The notes under the pieces were generated by a model. That model was not told where the DNA came from and made no database searches. It saw only the letters and a program-made list of their open reading frames with translations. The translations under genes and the position numbers were made by a program. From NCBI GenBank assembly GCA_963823335.1, contig CAWGLD010000001.1, positions 1,216,001 through 1,280,000 of the forward strand: a stretch of DNA of 64,000 nt, written 5' to 3'. Source of the DNA: an uncultured delta proteobacterium (GTDB lineage Bacteria; Desulfobacterota; Desulfobacteria; Desulfobacterales; B30-G6). Of the stretch, positions 10,495 to 19,909 are shown piece after piece. Positions within the stretch are counted from its first letter, which is position 1; each line of letters starts with the position of its first letter.

Positions 10495-11488
10495 TTATCC
10501 TCGGGTTAATGATGGCATAGAGAATATCCACACACAGATTGATCAATATGAAAAGGGCTGCAATAAAGAGAGTACCTCCTTGAATGACCATATAATCGCG
10601 TTGCATGACCGCATCGTACATCCATTTTCCGACACCCGGCCAGGCAAAAATGGACTCGGTCAGTATGGCACCTCCAAGGGTGACGCCGAACTGCAGACCG
10701 ATGGTTGTCACCACCGGGATCAAGGCATTTCGAAGACCATGCTTATAGATTACCTTGAACTGTGAAAGCCCTTTTGCTTTGGCGGTTTTGATATAGTCCT
10801 GACGCAACACTTCCAGCATGGCCGAGCGTGTCATTCTGGCGATGATCGCCATGGGAATGGTGCTCAGGGTTACCGCCGGCATGATGAGGTGCCACACGGC
10901 GTCTCTAAAGGCCACCCAGTTGCGGGTCAGCAAGGCATCCAGGGTATAGATGTTCGTGATAACCTGGAGGTCGACATCGATACTCAGACGGGCGGATAAG
11001 GGGAGCCATCCCAGGTTGACGGAAAAAATGAGCATAAAAACAAGACCAAGCCAGAAAATGGGCATACTGACCCCTGTAAGGGCTCCCAGCATACTGACGT
11101 AGTCGAAAATTGAATACTGCTTTGTGGCGGAAATGATGCCCAGGGTTACACCGAACAGACAGGCGATAAAAAGAGCGGTCACAGCCAGTTCCATGGTTGC
11201 CGGAAAGCGCTGCTTGACTTCGATCCAGACCTTTTGACGGGTCCAGATGGTTTCACCCAGATCACCTTTCATCAATCGTTTCAGAAACATGCCGTACTGG
11301 ATATATAACGGCTCATTCAACCCCAGATGCTCACGGATCTGGTACAGTGCTTCGTCTGTGGCCCGTTCTCCCAGCAGCAGTTCGGCTGGATCGCCCGGTG
11401 TCAGGTGAAGCATGAGAAAGACAATGATAGACACCCCTAGCAGGGTGGGTATCAAAATCAGGATGCGTCTGATGGCGTAAGAAAGCAT
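10484..11488 (-). CDS. dppB: Peptide ABC transporter permease
   Basis: MLSYAIRR...PGDPA...SMPIFWLG...RDYMVIQG; start placed at 11488 because the upstream extension is a heptamer repeat. Confidence 0.92.
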   Translation of the reverse strand: MLSYAIRRILILIPTLLGVSIIVFLMLHLTPGDPAELLLGERATDEALYQIREHLGLNEPLYIQYGMFLKRLMKGDLGETIWTRQKVWIEVKQRFPATMELAVTALFIACLFGVTLGIISATKQYSIFDYVSMLGALTGVSMPIFWLGLVFMLIFSVNLGWLPLSARLSIDVDLQVITNIYTLDALLTRNWVAFRDAVWHLIMPAVTLSTIPMAIIARMTRSAMLEVLRQDYIKTAKAKGLSQFKVIYKHGLRNALIPVVTTIGLQFGVTLGGAILTESIFAWPGVGKWMYDAVMQRDYMVIQGGTLFIAALFILINLCVDILYAIINPRISVQ

Positions 11489-11561
11489 ATAGCTATAAGC
11501 TGTAAGGGGTAAGCTGTAAGCCATAAGCCGTAAGCAGCTTATCGCTTACAGCTTATGGCTT
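11489..11561. repeat. Heptamer tandem array (RTAAGCN)n folding back as an inverted repeat
   Basis: ATAAGCT GTAAGGG GTAAGCT GTAAGCC ATAAGCC GTAAGCA followed by GCTTATC GCTTACA GCTTATG GCTT. Confidence 0.85.
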
Positions 11562-11569
11562 GGTATCGT

Positions 11570-13183
11570 CTATTTCAAACTGACGTTTTTCATCCGTACG
11601 GATCCTGTGGGATGCAGCTTGAAGTTCTGAACACTTTTCTGAGCCGGCCAGATAACGGTGGAGTGTGCCACGGGAATGACCGGGCATTCATCGAACATCA
11701 GCTGCAGCGCGTCTTGATAGATTTTGATGCGCATGGCCTGATCAACCGTTTGTTTGCCCTTCAGCATCAGGTCGTGATAGGTCTCGTTATGCCACTGGGT
11801 TCTGATGGCGGATGAGGCCAGGCCGTCAAACAGTACGGCCAGGAAGTTGTCCGGATCACCATTGTCGCCGGTCCATCCCAGCTGGAACAGATCCATATCA
11901 TCCGGCTGCTCTCGTTGCCTTTTGAGATAGGTTCCCCAGTCATAGCTGACGATTCTGGCGGTGATGCCCAGTTTTTTCAGGTCGGCTGCCATGGCGACAC
12001 CGATCTTCTGGCCTTCGGGGTTGTAGGGCCGGGGTACCGGCATGGACCACAGGGTAATTTCTCCCAGTCCCTCGCCTTCGGGAAAACCGGCTTTTGCTAA
12101 GTACTCTTTTGCCAGGTCAACATCATAGGCATAGCCCGGAACCGACGTATTGTAACCCCACATGGTCGGGGGAATGGGATTCTTGGCAACCTGCCCCATG
12201 CCCTGATAAATATTGTCCACAATGGCTTGGCGATCGATACCGTGGGCAATGGCCTTGCGCAGATTGACGTTGCTCTTCCAGGGTTCCTTGGTGTGGTTGA
12301 AGGAAAGATACCCGACATTCATGCCCGACTGGGTCGGAAGAATCAGATTGGGGTCCTTGCTCGCCATATCGATATCGGCCGGATTGGGGAACTGGCAGAT
12401 ATGGATGTTTCCGGTTTTCAGTTCCAGAAAGCGGACAGAGTTTTCAGGAATGGATCGGAATACCAGTTTGTCGAGATATGGGCCGCCGGATTTGTCCCAG
12501 TAATCCTTGTTTTTTTCTAGAACGATACGGTCGTCTTTGATCCACTGGGCAAATTTGAACGGGCCTGTTCCCACGGGGTTACGTAAAAATTCCTTGGGAT
12601 TTTTCAAAAAGGCGCTGGGGCTGATGATATCGGCAAAATCCATACCCATGTTTGCCAGAAAAGGAGCTTCCACGCGTTTCAGTTTAAAAACCACGGTGTA
12701 ATCATCCACGGCTTCGATACTGCCGATGGTGTCGTCCATCTCCATGGATACCCAGTATTCAGGTGGGCGTTCCTGGGCGGGGATGTCCAAGCCCTTGCCA
12801 AAGAATTTTACGTTACGCTCTTTCATCATCCGGCCGATGGAAAAGACCACCGCATTGGCATTAAAGGGCGTACCGTCATGAAATTTAACATCTTTCTGCA
12901 GATGAAAGGTATACGTCTTGCCATCGGATGAGATATCCCATGACTTGGCCAGACCGGGCTCCAGAGCCGTGCTCTCATCGGCATAAGCCACCAATGCTTC
13001 GAAGATGTTGTCACAGACCATAAAAGAATTGCCATCTGTTTCATAGGCCGGGTCCAGACCGACGCTGTCCCCGCCGCGTCCAAAGACCAGTGTTTTGCTT
13101 ATGGCGGATCCGGGAACGGCTGCAATTGTAAAAAATAAAATTAAACACAGCGAAAGTAGTTGAACCATTGGTTTATGTTTCAT
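11570..13183 (-). CDS. dppA: Peptide ABC transporter substrate-binding protein (family 5)
   Basis: Signal peptide, EPGLAKSW, VKFHDGTPFNA, PVGTGPF, GWTGDNGDPDNF. Confidence 0.93.
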   Translation of the reverse strand: MKHKPMVQLLSLCLILFFTIAAVPGSAISKTLVFGRGGDSVGLDPAYETDGNSFMVCDNIFEALVAYADESTALEPGLAKSWDISSDGKTYTFHLQKDVKFHDGTPFNANAVVFSIGRMMKERNVKFFGKGLDIPAQERPPEYWVSMEMDDTIGSIEAVDDYTVVFKLKRVEAPFLANMGMDFADIISPSAFLKNPKEFLRNPVGTGPFKFAQWIKDDRIVLEKNKDYWDKSGGPYLDKLVFRSIPENSVRFLELKTGNIHICQFPNPADIDMASKDPNLILPTQSGMNVGYLSFNHTKEPWKSNVNLRKAIAHGIDRQAIVDNIYQGMGQVAKNPIPPTMWGYNTSVPGYAYDVDLAKEYLAKAGFPEGEGLGEITLWSMPVPRPYNPEGQKIGVAMAADLKKLGITARIVSYDWGTYLKRQREQPDDMDLFQLGWTGDNGDPDNFLAVLFDGLASSAIRTQWHNETYHDLMLKGKQTVDQAMRIKIYQDALQLMFDECPVIPVAHSTVIWPAQKSVQNFKLHPTGSVRMKNVSLK

Positions 13184-13596
13184 TTTTATCTACCTCCCTC
13201 TAGATAGCGGTGCGTGGGTCTTGAAAACAGCACCTTGTTGTGTGTTGGTCAGGCTTGGTCGGTATCAATCCGTTTATTGGTACCATAGCCATTTAAATAT
13301 ATTAAGCATTTGTTTTGGAGCCGTGGACTGGAAATATGAATTATACCTATCAGATCAAATTGGCTTTGTCAAAAAGAAGGCAGTTTTTTGATGTGCATTT
13401 ATTTTTCTTGGCAAGATCAATTTTTTGGGAAAATAATCCCAAAAAATCAACTGGAGCGTAACGCCCAACAAATGATTTTTCGATACATTATAGAAAAATC
13501 ATGGGCGGAAAATCCATCCCGATCGGTTTTCTTGGAAACCGATACAGATGAAAAGGTTTATGTGCTATTTTGACAACTTTCATGCCGCCGGTTCCT

Positions 13597-14922
13597 TTAG
13601 ATGTCTTTCAGAATTTGATTGTCAGGATGGGCTTCGATGGTTGCCTGAAAATTTTTCATGGCTTGGCTAAGGACGCTTGATTCACGGGTTTGAGGAATCG
13701 GCAATTGGTCGGTCCCGATACGTTCCAGCGCATTTGTTACATAGCCGATGGTAATGAGACTGATATCGAGAGCCGGCTGAAACACGGACTCCTCACCGGT
13801 GTCAGAATCCATTTCAGAAACAATTTTCGAGGCTACCAGGTCAAGGAGAGTCCTTTGAACCAGGCGTAAGGGGATTTCGATTGCAGCTGATATCTGGTGA
13901 GCGGTAGCGGGTTTTTCAGCCTTGGCAAAATTTGTCACCAGGAGATGTGCAATCTGGAGCGCCAGTCGTTTTCTTAAAGAGAAGCTGATATTATGGGATA
14001 CCTGTTCGAACTCAAAGGTTTCGTTATTCTGATGGGCAAATGCGATCTCGGCACCGAACAGGACAATCAACCAGCTGGTCTGCAGCCAGATGAGAAAAAG
14101 AGGCAGGGCAGCAAAACTTCCGTAAATGGCATTGTATTTCGAGAGCAGAAACTGAAAGTTGATGTAAACCATCTGAAGTACCTGATAGATGGTCCCGGCC
14201 ACAATACCGGCTACCAGGCCAGAGCTGATTCTGACTTTTGTGTTGGGCATCATCAGGTAAGTGAAGGTAAAGAGCGCCCAGATCAACACATAAGGGATCA
14301 ATTTAAATGAAATATAGATCAGCGGGCTAAAAAAGCCCAGCAGGGCGATTCTGTCCACGATCAGGGTGATCTGGGTCTTGATGAAAACCGTTGCGCTACT
14401 GGAAAGGATGACCAGCACCGGGCAGATGAGCATGATGGTCAGGTAATCACTGAATTTTCGCCATAAGGACCGGGCCCTGGAGACATTCCAAATGTCGTTG
14501 AACGATTGTTCGATATGGCCCAAAACCTTGATGACGGCCCAATAGAGAACGATGATGCCGATCCCCGCGATCAGTCCCCCCCTTGTTTTTGCCAGCAGTG
14601 TCCTGGCAAACGCGAGTGCTTTGACCAGGATCTCCTGCTGCCCTGGAAAGCGTTCGAGCAGTTGATCCTGCAGGAGCGCGTCAAAACCAAAGCCCTTTGC
14701 AACGGCAAATACCATGGCCAGCACAGGGACGATGGCCAGCATGGAATAAAGCGTCAGCGCGGAGGCCCTCAGTTGAAGTTTATCCTCTTTGAAACCGCGG
14801 AAAGCAAGGATGATGACCCGAAGCTGCCTGAGAAAAAACGATTTACTCCAGGAGGTGTTTTTGGACTCAATATGCCAGATGTCGGTTGTGACGAATTGGA
14901 TGATTTTATGCAGTGTGCTCAT
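13597..14922 (-). CDS. YihY/BrkB-family membrane protein with C-terminal wHTH
   Basis: RASALTLYSMLAIVP, IEQSFNDIW, YNAIYGSFAALP. Confidence 0.9.
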   Translation of the reverse strand: MSTLHKIIQFVTTDIWHIESKNTSWSKSFFLRQLRVIILAFRGFKEDKLQLRASALTLYSMLAIVPVLAMVFAVAKGFGFDALLQDQLLERFPGQQEILVKALAFARTLLAKTRGGLIAGIGIIVLYWAVIKVLGHIEQSFNDIWNVSRARSLWRKFSDYLTIMLICPVLVILSSSATVFIKTQITLIVDRIALLGFFSPLIYISFKLIPYVLIWALFTFTYLMMPNTKVRISSGLVAGIVAGTIYQVLQMVYINFQFLLSKYNAIYGSFAALPLFLIWLQTSWLIVLFGAEIAFAHQNNETFEFEQVSHNISFSLRKRLALQIAHLLVTNFAKAEKPATAHQISAAIEIPLRLVQRTLLDLVASKIVSEMDSDTGEESVFQPALDISLITIGYVTNALERIGTDQLPIPQTRESSVLSQAMKNFQATIEAHPDNQILKDI

Positions 14923-14992
14923 GAGATTTCAGGTCCTCAGGGACTTTGTTGACGGGGCAGTCAAAGTACAATAAAATCGTTGTACGATTTTA

Positions 14993-16177
14993 TTAAAATA
15001 TGCCGATTAAGAGCACTAAGTCAATCCCCCCGTGAAAAATCGGGTACCGCTTGAACCTTTTCGGAAACCGCTTTGCGATGGCCCGGTCCTTGACAAGGAT
15101 TGCGACTTGCCAGTGCCGGAAGTCTTTTTCGAGTTTGTTTAGGATGTCATGATAAAAAGTTTTCGGCTTTTCATTCGTATTCAGACGAACACCAAACGGG
15201 GGGTTGAGAACCAGTATGCCGGGTGTTTCGGTCATGTCCTGAGGTGTGAGATGGAAAAAATCATGGGTAGCCACCTGGACCACATCCAGCAATTCAAATG
15301 TGACGGAAATTTTTTTAAGCTCCGTGATTCGTTTCAAATCCTTGTCTGAAGCAAAAATCAAGGGTATCTTTGTACGCCTGATATCATCAGCTGCTTTCCG
15401 TTTGAGATGGTGCCACTGGGGTTCACGAAAGGCCGGCCATTGCATGAATGCAAAATCCCGGTAAAAGCCGGGCGGGATGTTCCTGGCCAGCATTGCCGCT
15501 TCCAGAGAAAAGGTTCCGGAACCGCACATGGGGTCGAGCAGGGCTTGTGAACCATCATAGCCGCTCAGTTTCAATATGGCCGCTGCAAGGGTTTCCCGAA
15601 TGGGTGCTTTTCCAACGTCGTGTTTTAATCCTCTTTTAAAAAGTAGATCACCGCTGCTGTCCAGGGAAAGCAAGAGCTGATCATCCATGGCCCTGACATA
15701 CAGGTGCTGACTGTCTTTTATTTCCGGAAGACCTGGTTTTCCGAAAGGCATCCGGGGTATTCGTTGGCGGATGCAGGTTTCTATGCGTTTTGTAATGGCA
15801 CTTGTATGAAAAAGCCTGGAGTGTCTGGCTGTTACACTGAAACAAAGCTCTGATGACGGGGAAAGATAGAGCTCCCAGGGGAATTGCAGCACATTTTTTT
15901 CGAGTTGCCGGAAGTTGGTGGCCTTGAAATCGGTCAGACGCATAAGGATCCTGTTCGGGATCCTGAGGTGGAGGTTGGCAGCATAGCAACCGGCAAGCCG
16001 GCACCTGAATTCAACGCCGCCCGGAACGATTACGACGTCATATATATCGGTGGGCAGGGCAGCGATTTCCTGGGCGCAGATGGGTTCAAGACCCGGTGGG
16101 GTTGTGGCAAAAAAAGTGTGTTCCTTGGCGACGACATGTCGCTTGATCCGCTTGTGGATGGGGGTGTTCAGGGGCAT
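14993..16177 (-). CDS. THUMP-domain SAM-dependent RNA methyltransferase (RlmL-like)
   Basis: LDSSGDLLFKRG, APIRETLAAA, LDPMCGSGT, NPPFG. Confidence 0.9.
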   Translation of the reverse strand: MPLNTPIHKRIKRHVVAKEHTFFATTPPGLEPICAQEIAALPTDIYDVVIVPGGVEFRCRLAGCYAANLHLRIPNRILMRLTDFKATNFRQLEKNVLQFPWELYLSPSSELCFSVTARHSRLFHTSAITKRIETCIRQRIPRMPFGKPGLPEIKDSQHLYVRAMDDQLLLSLDSSGDLLFKRGLKHDVGKAPIRETLAAAILKLSGYDGSQALLDPMCGSGTFSLEAAMLARNIPPGFYRDFAFMQWPAFREPQWHHLKRKAADDIRRTKIPLIFASDKDLKRITELKKISVTFELLDVVQVATHDFFHLTPQDMTETPGILVLNPPFGVRLNTNEKPKTFYHDILNKLEKDFRHWQVAILVKDRAIAKRFPKRFKRYPIFHGGIDLVLLIGIF

Positions 16178-16189
16178 CCTGGTCCTTTC

Positions 16190-16309
16190 TAAGATGAGCG
16201 ATTGCCGATCTTACTGCATCTACGGCGTCAGATGCCATGCCGCATAGTTCACTATAGCGGAACAGCATCTTCCTTGTAGCTGCGGCAACCGCGACAATTG
16301 TTCAACTTT
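16190..16309 (-). repeat. Family A hairpin element, divergent copy
   Basis: Minus strand folds into a long rod with internal loop CAAGGA / GACGCCG. Confidence 0.55.
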
Positions 16310-16395
16310 GTCCTTATCATTATTGCGCTTGATATTGAATCGTATGCATAATATTAGAAGCTAACTCAAACTTTGTAAATCAATTTCAGGAATCA

Positions 16396-17502
16396 ATGGT
16401 CGACGTATATTTCAGACATACCCAATATGATGATTCCGGTCTGAAGCAGGTTGTTTTCGACATGATGCGGGCCATGGGAGGCGACGCAGTTTCCGCCGGA
16501 ACAAAGGTCATCATCAAACCGAACTTTCTGCTGGCGGCAGACCCGGAAAAGGGAGTTACCACCCACCCCAGGATCGTACGATATGTGGCTGAATTCATCC
16601 TTGATAAAGGATGCAGCCCCATCATTTCAGACAGCCCGCCCATTGGTTCATTCGAAAAGATTCTGTCAAAAGGGGGCTATGTCGAGGCACTTTCAGGCCT
16701 GGATGTGGTGTTTCGGCCTTTCAGGGAACCCGCTAAAATTGATATCGGAGAGCCCTTTGGCGTTGTCGAGATTGCCAGAGACGCGCTTGAAGCTGACGTG
16801 GTAATCAATCTGGCAAAGCTCAAAACCCATGCGAAGATGCTGCTGACCCTCGGTGTGAAGAACATGTTTGGCTGCGTGATCGGTCTCAAGAAACCTGAAT
16901 GGCATTTTCGGGCGGGTACGGACAGGGAAGTGTTTGCACGATTGCTGGTGCAGATATACAAGGCTGTCAGTCCGGCCATGACAATCATCGATGGTGTCCT
17001 GGCCCTCGAGGGGCAGGGACCGGGAAGAAGCGGCACGCCCAGGGAGCTGAACCTGCTTGCAGGAAGTCAAGACGCCATTGCGGCGGACATGGCCATCTGC
17101 AGTGTTCTGGGCCTGGAACCCCAGAAGCTGTTGACTAACCGGGCGGCCGGTCAGTTGCAGCTGGTGCCGGAAGATATCCATGTACATGGTGAATACAATA
17201 TCCTGAGTGACTTCAAATTTCCGGAAATAGATTCCATGGCTATCGGACCTGATATTCTGCAAGGATTTATGCGCAAATATGTCCTTCAGAAGCCGGTGTC
17301 AGACAATCAGAAATGCAAACTGTGCGGTGAGTGCTGGCGTTGTTGCCCGGTCAATGCCATCAATCGTCGTGTCAAGGGTGTCCGATTCACGTACAATACC
17401 TGTATCCGCTGTTATTGCTGTCTGGAAATATGCCCTTATGGCGCCATCACCAGCAAGAAACCGCTGCTGGGAAGACTCTTTCGGAAGCACGATACACATT
17501 AA
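16396..17502 (+). CDS. DUF362 domain protein with C-terminal 2[4Fe-4S] ferredoxin
   Basis: KVIIKPN, TTHP, KLKTH, GVKNMFG; CKLCGECWRCCP and CIRCYCCLEICP. Confidence 0.9.
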   Translation: MVDVYFRHTQYDDSGLKQVVFDMMRAMGGDAVSAGTKVIIKPNFLLAADPEKGVTTHPRIVRYVAEFILDKGCSPIISDSPPIGSFEKILSKGGYVEALSGLDVVFRPFREPAKIDIGEPFGVVEIARDALEADVVINLAKLKTHAKMLLTLGVKNMFGCVIGLKKPEWHFRAGTDREVFARLLVQIYKAVSPAMTIIDGVLALEGQGPGRSGTPRELNLLAGSQDAIAADMAICSVLGLEPQKLLTNRAAGQLQLVPEDIHVHGEYNILSDFKFPEIDSMAIGPDILQGFMRKYVLQKPVSDNQKCKLCGECWRCCPVNAINRRVKGVRFTYNTCIRCYCCLEICPYGAITSKKPLLGRLFRKHDTH

Positions 17503-17600
17503 TTAGAAGCTATCTGGATAAATACACGCTTCATCTGAACTTTTATTCGTCTCGACAGTCAGGCTTCTAATTTCATCATGATCAGTCAATCTGTTTCATG

Positions 17601-17629
17601 TTGACAAAAGTCACTATCATCGCTAGCTT
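17601..17629 (+). promoter_or_regulatory. Putative sigma70 promoter for the thioredoxin-rhodanese pair
   Basis: TTGACA-N17-TAGCTT. Confidence 0.5.
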
Positions 17630-17730
17630 AGTGTTGGCATGACACAATGTGGTATGTTTGGAAAATTTCCCAGTGATCTGCAAAGTTAGCGAGCGCTGTT
17701 GCGATTCAATTGTTAAGGGTGAGGAATGAT

Positions 17731-18144
17731 ATGTCAAAGTTAAAGGGAGTCACAATATTTTTGCTTGTTGTTTTTATTTTGAATACCGTTCCTATTGTGT
17801 CTATTTCCGCACCGAATGCGATTGAATGGCAATCATACACCACCGGAATGGACTTGGCTAAAAAAAATAGCAAGTCGGTCTTTCTTCATTTTTATGCAAC
17901 ATGGTGCAGTTATTGTACAAAAATGGAAAAAGAATCGTTTCAAGATGATTCTATCGCCGAATACCTGAATGACAATTTTGTTTCGATAAGAGTAGATGTG
18001 GATAAAGAACAGAATATCGCTGACATGTACAATGTGTTTGGTTTGCCCACCACATATTTTTTTTCCTCGAGTGGCGAAAATCTTGGATCGGTTCCAGGAT
18101 ATATTTCAAAAGATCGTCTGATGACAATGCTGAAGGAGATATAG
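17731..18144 (+). CDS. Secreted thioredoxin-fold protein (SoxW/TlpA-like)
   Basis: Signal peptide; FYATWCSYC motif; cis-Pro loop GLPTTYF; ATG at 17731 after GAGGA. Confidence 0.88.
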   Translation: MSKLKGVTIFLLVVFILNTVPIVSISAPNAIEWQSYTTGMDLAKKNSKSVFLHFYATWCSYCTKMEKESFQDDSIAEYLNDNFVSIRVDVDKEQNIADMYNVFGLPTTYFFSSSGENLGSVPGYISKDRLMTMLKEI

Positions 18145-18147
18145 ATA

Positions 18148-18579
18148 ATGCGAAGCTCATATTTTAAAACACAAGCGATTCTCGCATCACTGATCTTTGC
18201 TTTCGTCGTATCATTGTCTCTGACTGTAACCGCTGCCGAACTTTCTATGATGTCCGTAAACCAGCTCCAGCGTGTATTGGACAACCCCGAGATAGTTGTA
18301 CTTGATGTTCGTGGCAGTAAAGACTGGACTTCCAGTGACTTTAAAATTAAAGGCGCCGTCAGGAGAGCCCCGATAAGTTTTGAATCCTGGGCCAACGAAT
18401 ATTCCAAGGACAGTGTACTGATCTTATACTGAGCATGATCCCAAGAGCAAACGAGTGTCAGTTTGGCACGAAAGCTTATCTCAAAAGGATTTAACCGGGT
18501 TTACGTCTTGAAGGGTGGATGGGATGCTTGGTCAAGATCTAATTTTCCTGTTGAAGAAAAATCACCTCTTCTAAATTAA
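18148..18579 (+). CDS. Secreted rhodanese-like selenoprotein with two in-frame UGA codons (Y-U-A-U), 143 aa
   Basis: LDVR...IKGA...LILY-TGA-GCA-TGA-SQEQTSVSLARKLISKGFNRVYVLKGGWDAW...TAA; the rhodanese C-terminal signature lies in frame beyond both UGAs. Confidence 0.85.
18439..18478 (+). promoter_or_regulatory. Putative bacterial SECIS element
   Basis: GAGC...GTGTCA-GTT-TGGCAC...GCTT hairpin with a G-containing apical loop about 22 nt after the second UGA. Confidence 0.6.
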
Positions 18580-18816
18580 TAACCTCCACCATGGGTTCGA
18601 CTCTGCCCATCCCTCCTCCAATCATAAGGATGTCACCACCATTACATTTATTGAAAAGTATTCTTCTTGGGTTTGATTTATTTTGATTTAAAAGATAAGG
18701 TTTCATTTTGATTGTACAGCCATATAATTAAATTTGACACTCGTATTATTGTTTGGCAATTATAAAGAAGGTGCTGGCGTTAACGATTGAAGTTTTTCAT
18801 CAAGGGGAGGTATCAA

Positions 18817-19248
18817 ATGGCAGGTGTTAACAAGGTATTGCTTATCGGTCGACTGGGACGGGACCCGGAGGTTCGTTATACACCCGATGGGACCGCCATC
18901 GCAAATTTCAGTATCGCGACATCCGAGGAGTGGAAAGACAAGAAAACAGGCGAAAAGCAAGAACGCACGGAGTGGCACCGAATTGTGGCCTTTCGCCGGC
19001 TCGGAGAAATATGCGGTGAATATCTTTCCAAGGGAAGACAGGTGTATATTGAAGGGCGCCTTCAGACCCGCGATTGGCAGGATAAAGACGGCAACAAGCG
19101 TTATACCACTGAAATTGTCGCTTCACAGATGCAGATGCTCGGTTCCAGGGATATGGGTGACACTTCAGGAGGATCCGGGTTCGGTAAGAACGAGATACCT
19201 CCCGGACCGGAATTTTCGGGTTCCCAGGATGACGATATTCCATTTTGA
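18817..19248 (+). CDS. ssb: Single-stranded DNA-binding protein
   Basis: [16 protein letters not shown]...ERTEWHR...DDDIPF. Confidence 0.98.
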   Translation: MAGVNKVLLIGRLGRDPEVRYTPDGTAIANFSIATSEEWKDKKTGEKQERTEWHRIVAFRRLGEICGEYLSKGRQVYIEGRLQTRDWQDKDGNKRYTTEIVASQMQMLGSRDMGDTSGGSGFGKNEIPPGPEFSGSQDDDIPF

Positions 19249-19344
19249 GCCTGAACCGTAACAGTGAACAAACATGAATTAGAAAGAATTTCTTACCACT
19301 GGGCATACTTAAAACCATTGAACCTTTTAAAACGGAGACCGAAC

Positions 19345-19761
19345 ATGAAACGTATTCGAAAAAGGTTGAGATCTGTCAGTGTTTTCCTGGTGATATTGAT
19401 GCTGATGTTGTCGCTGCCGTATCAGTCCGCCCTGGCAGCCTTGATTGGTACGGAAGACCTGATGGGATCTCAGAAGGCGGTGGAAGCACGGGCATATATT
19501 TCAAGTGTGCTGGCACGTGAAGATATTCAGGGCGCACTCATCGCCCGCGGTATCGACCCCATTGAAGCACAGGCAAGGGTCAGTACCCTGACGGACCAGG
19601 AAGCCATCCAGTTCGCAGAGACCATGGAACAACTGCCCGCGGGTGGTCTCATCGCTTATCTTGTGGGTCTTGCGGTACTGGTTTTTCTGGTGCTGCTGGT
19701 AACGGACATTCTCGGATACACAGATATATTTCCCTTTGTCAAAAAGACAGTCAAAAATTAG
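19345..19761 (+). CDS. PA2779-family secreted protein
   Basis: Signal peptide; AQARVSTLTDQE...QLPAGG...LLVTDILGYTDIFPFV. Confidence 0.8.
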   Translation: MKRIRKRLRSVSVFLVILMLMLSLPYQSALAALIGTEDLMGSQKAVEARAYISSVLAREDIQGALIARGIDPIEAQARVSTLTDQEAIQFAETMEQLPAGGLIAYLVGLAVLVFLVLLVTDILGYTDIFPFVKKTVKN

Positions 19762-19904
19762 AAGCCATCTCAAAAAAAGGGTTTTGGGTCAAGTTCAAGG
19801 CGGGTCCGAACTTCAACCCGCAAGCATACTGAAGTATTCTGAGGAGTTGAAGCAAGGGACCAACACAGAAATTGGGCCAAAAAACTTTTTTGAGATAGCT
19901 TCTA
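19759..19904 (+). repeat. Family A ~146-nt hairpin element (MITE/REP-like)
   Basis: TAGAAGCCATCTCAAAAAA...TTTTTTGAGATAGCTTCTA; begins at the TAG stop of the upstream gene. Confidence 0.88.
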
Positions 19905-19909
19905 GTACT

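Noticed and set aside
19815-19850. Kink-turn in the family A inner loop
   Set aside because: Only one strand carries GA; the tandem G-A pairs are not consistently present.
19736-19909. N-terminal extension of the PA2778-like ORF
   Set aside because: It is read-through of a family A repeat; the lipoprotein signal starts near 19910.
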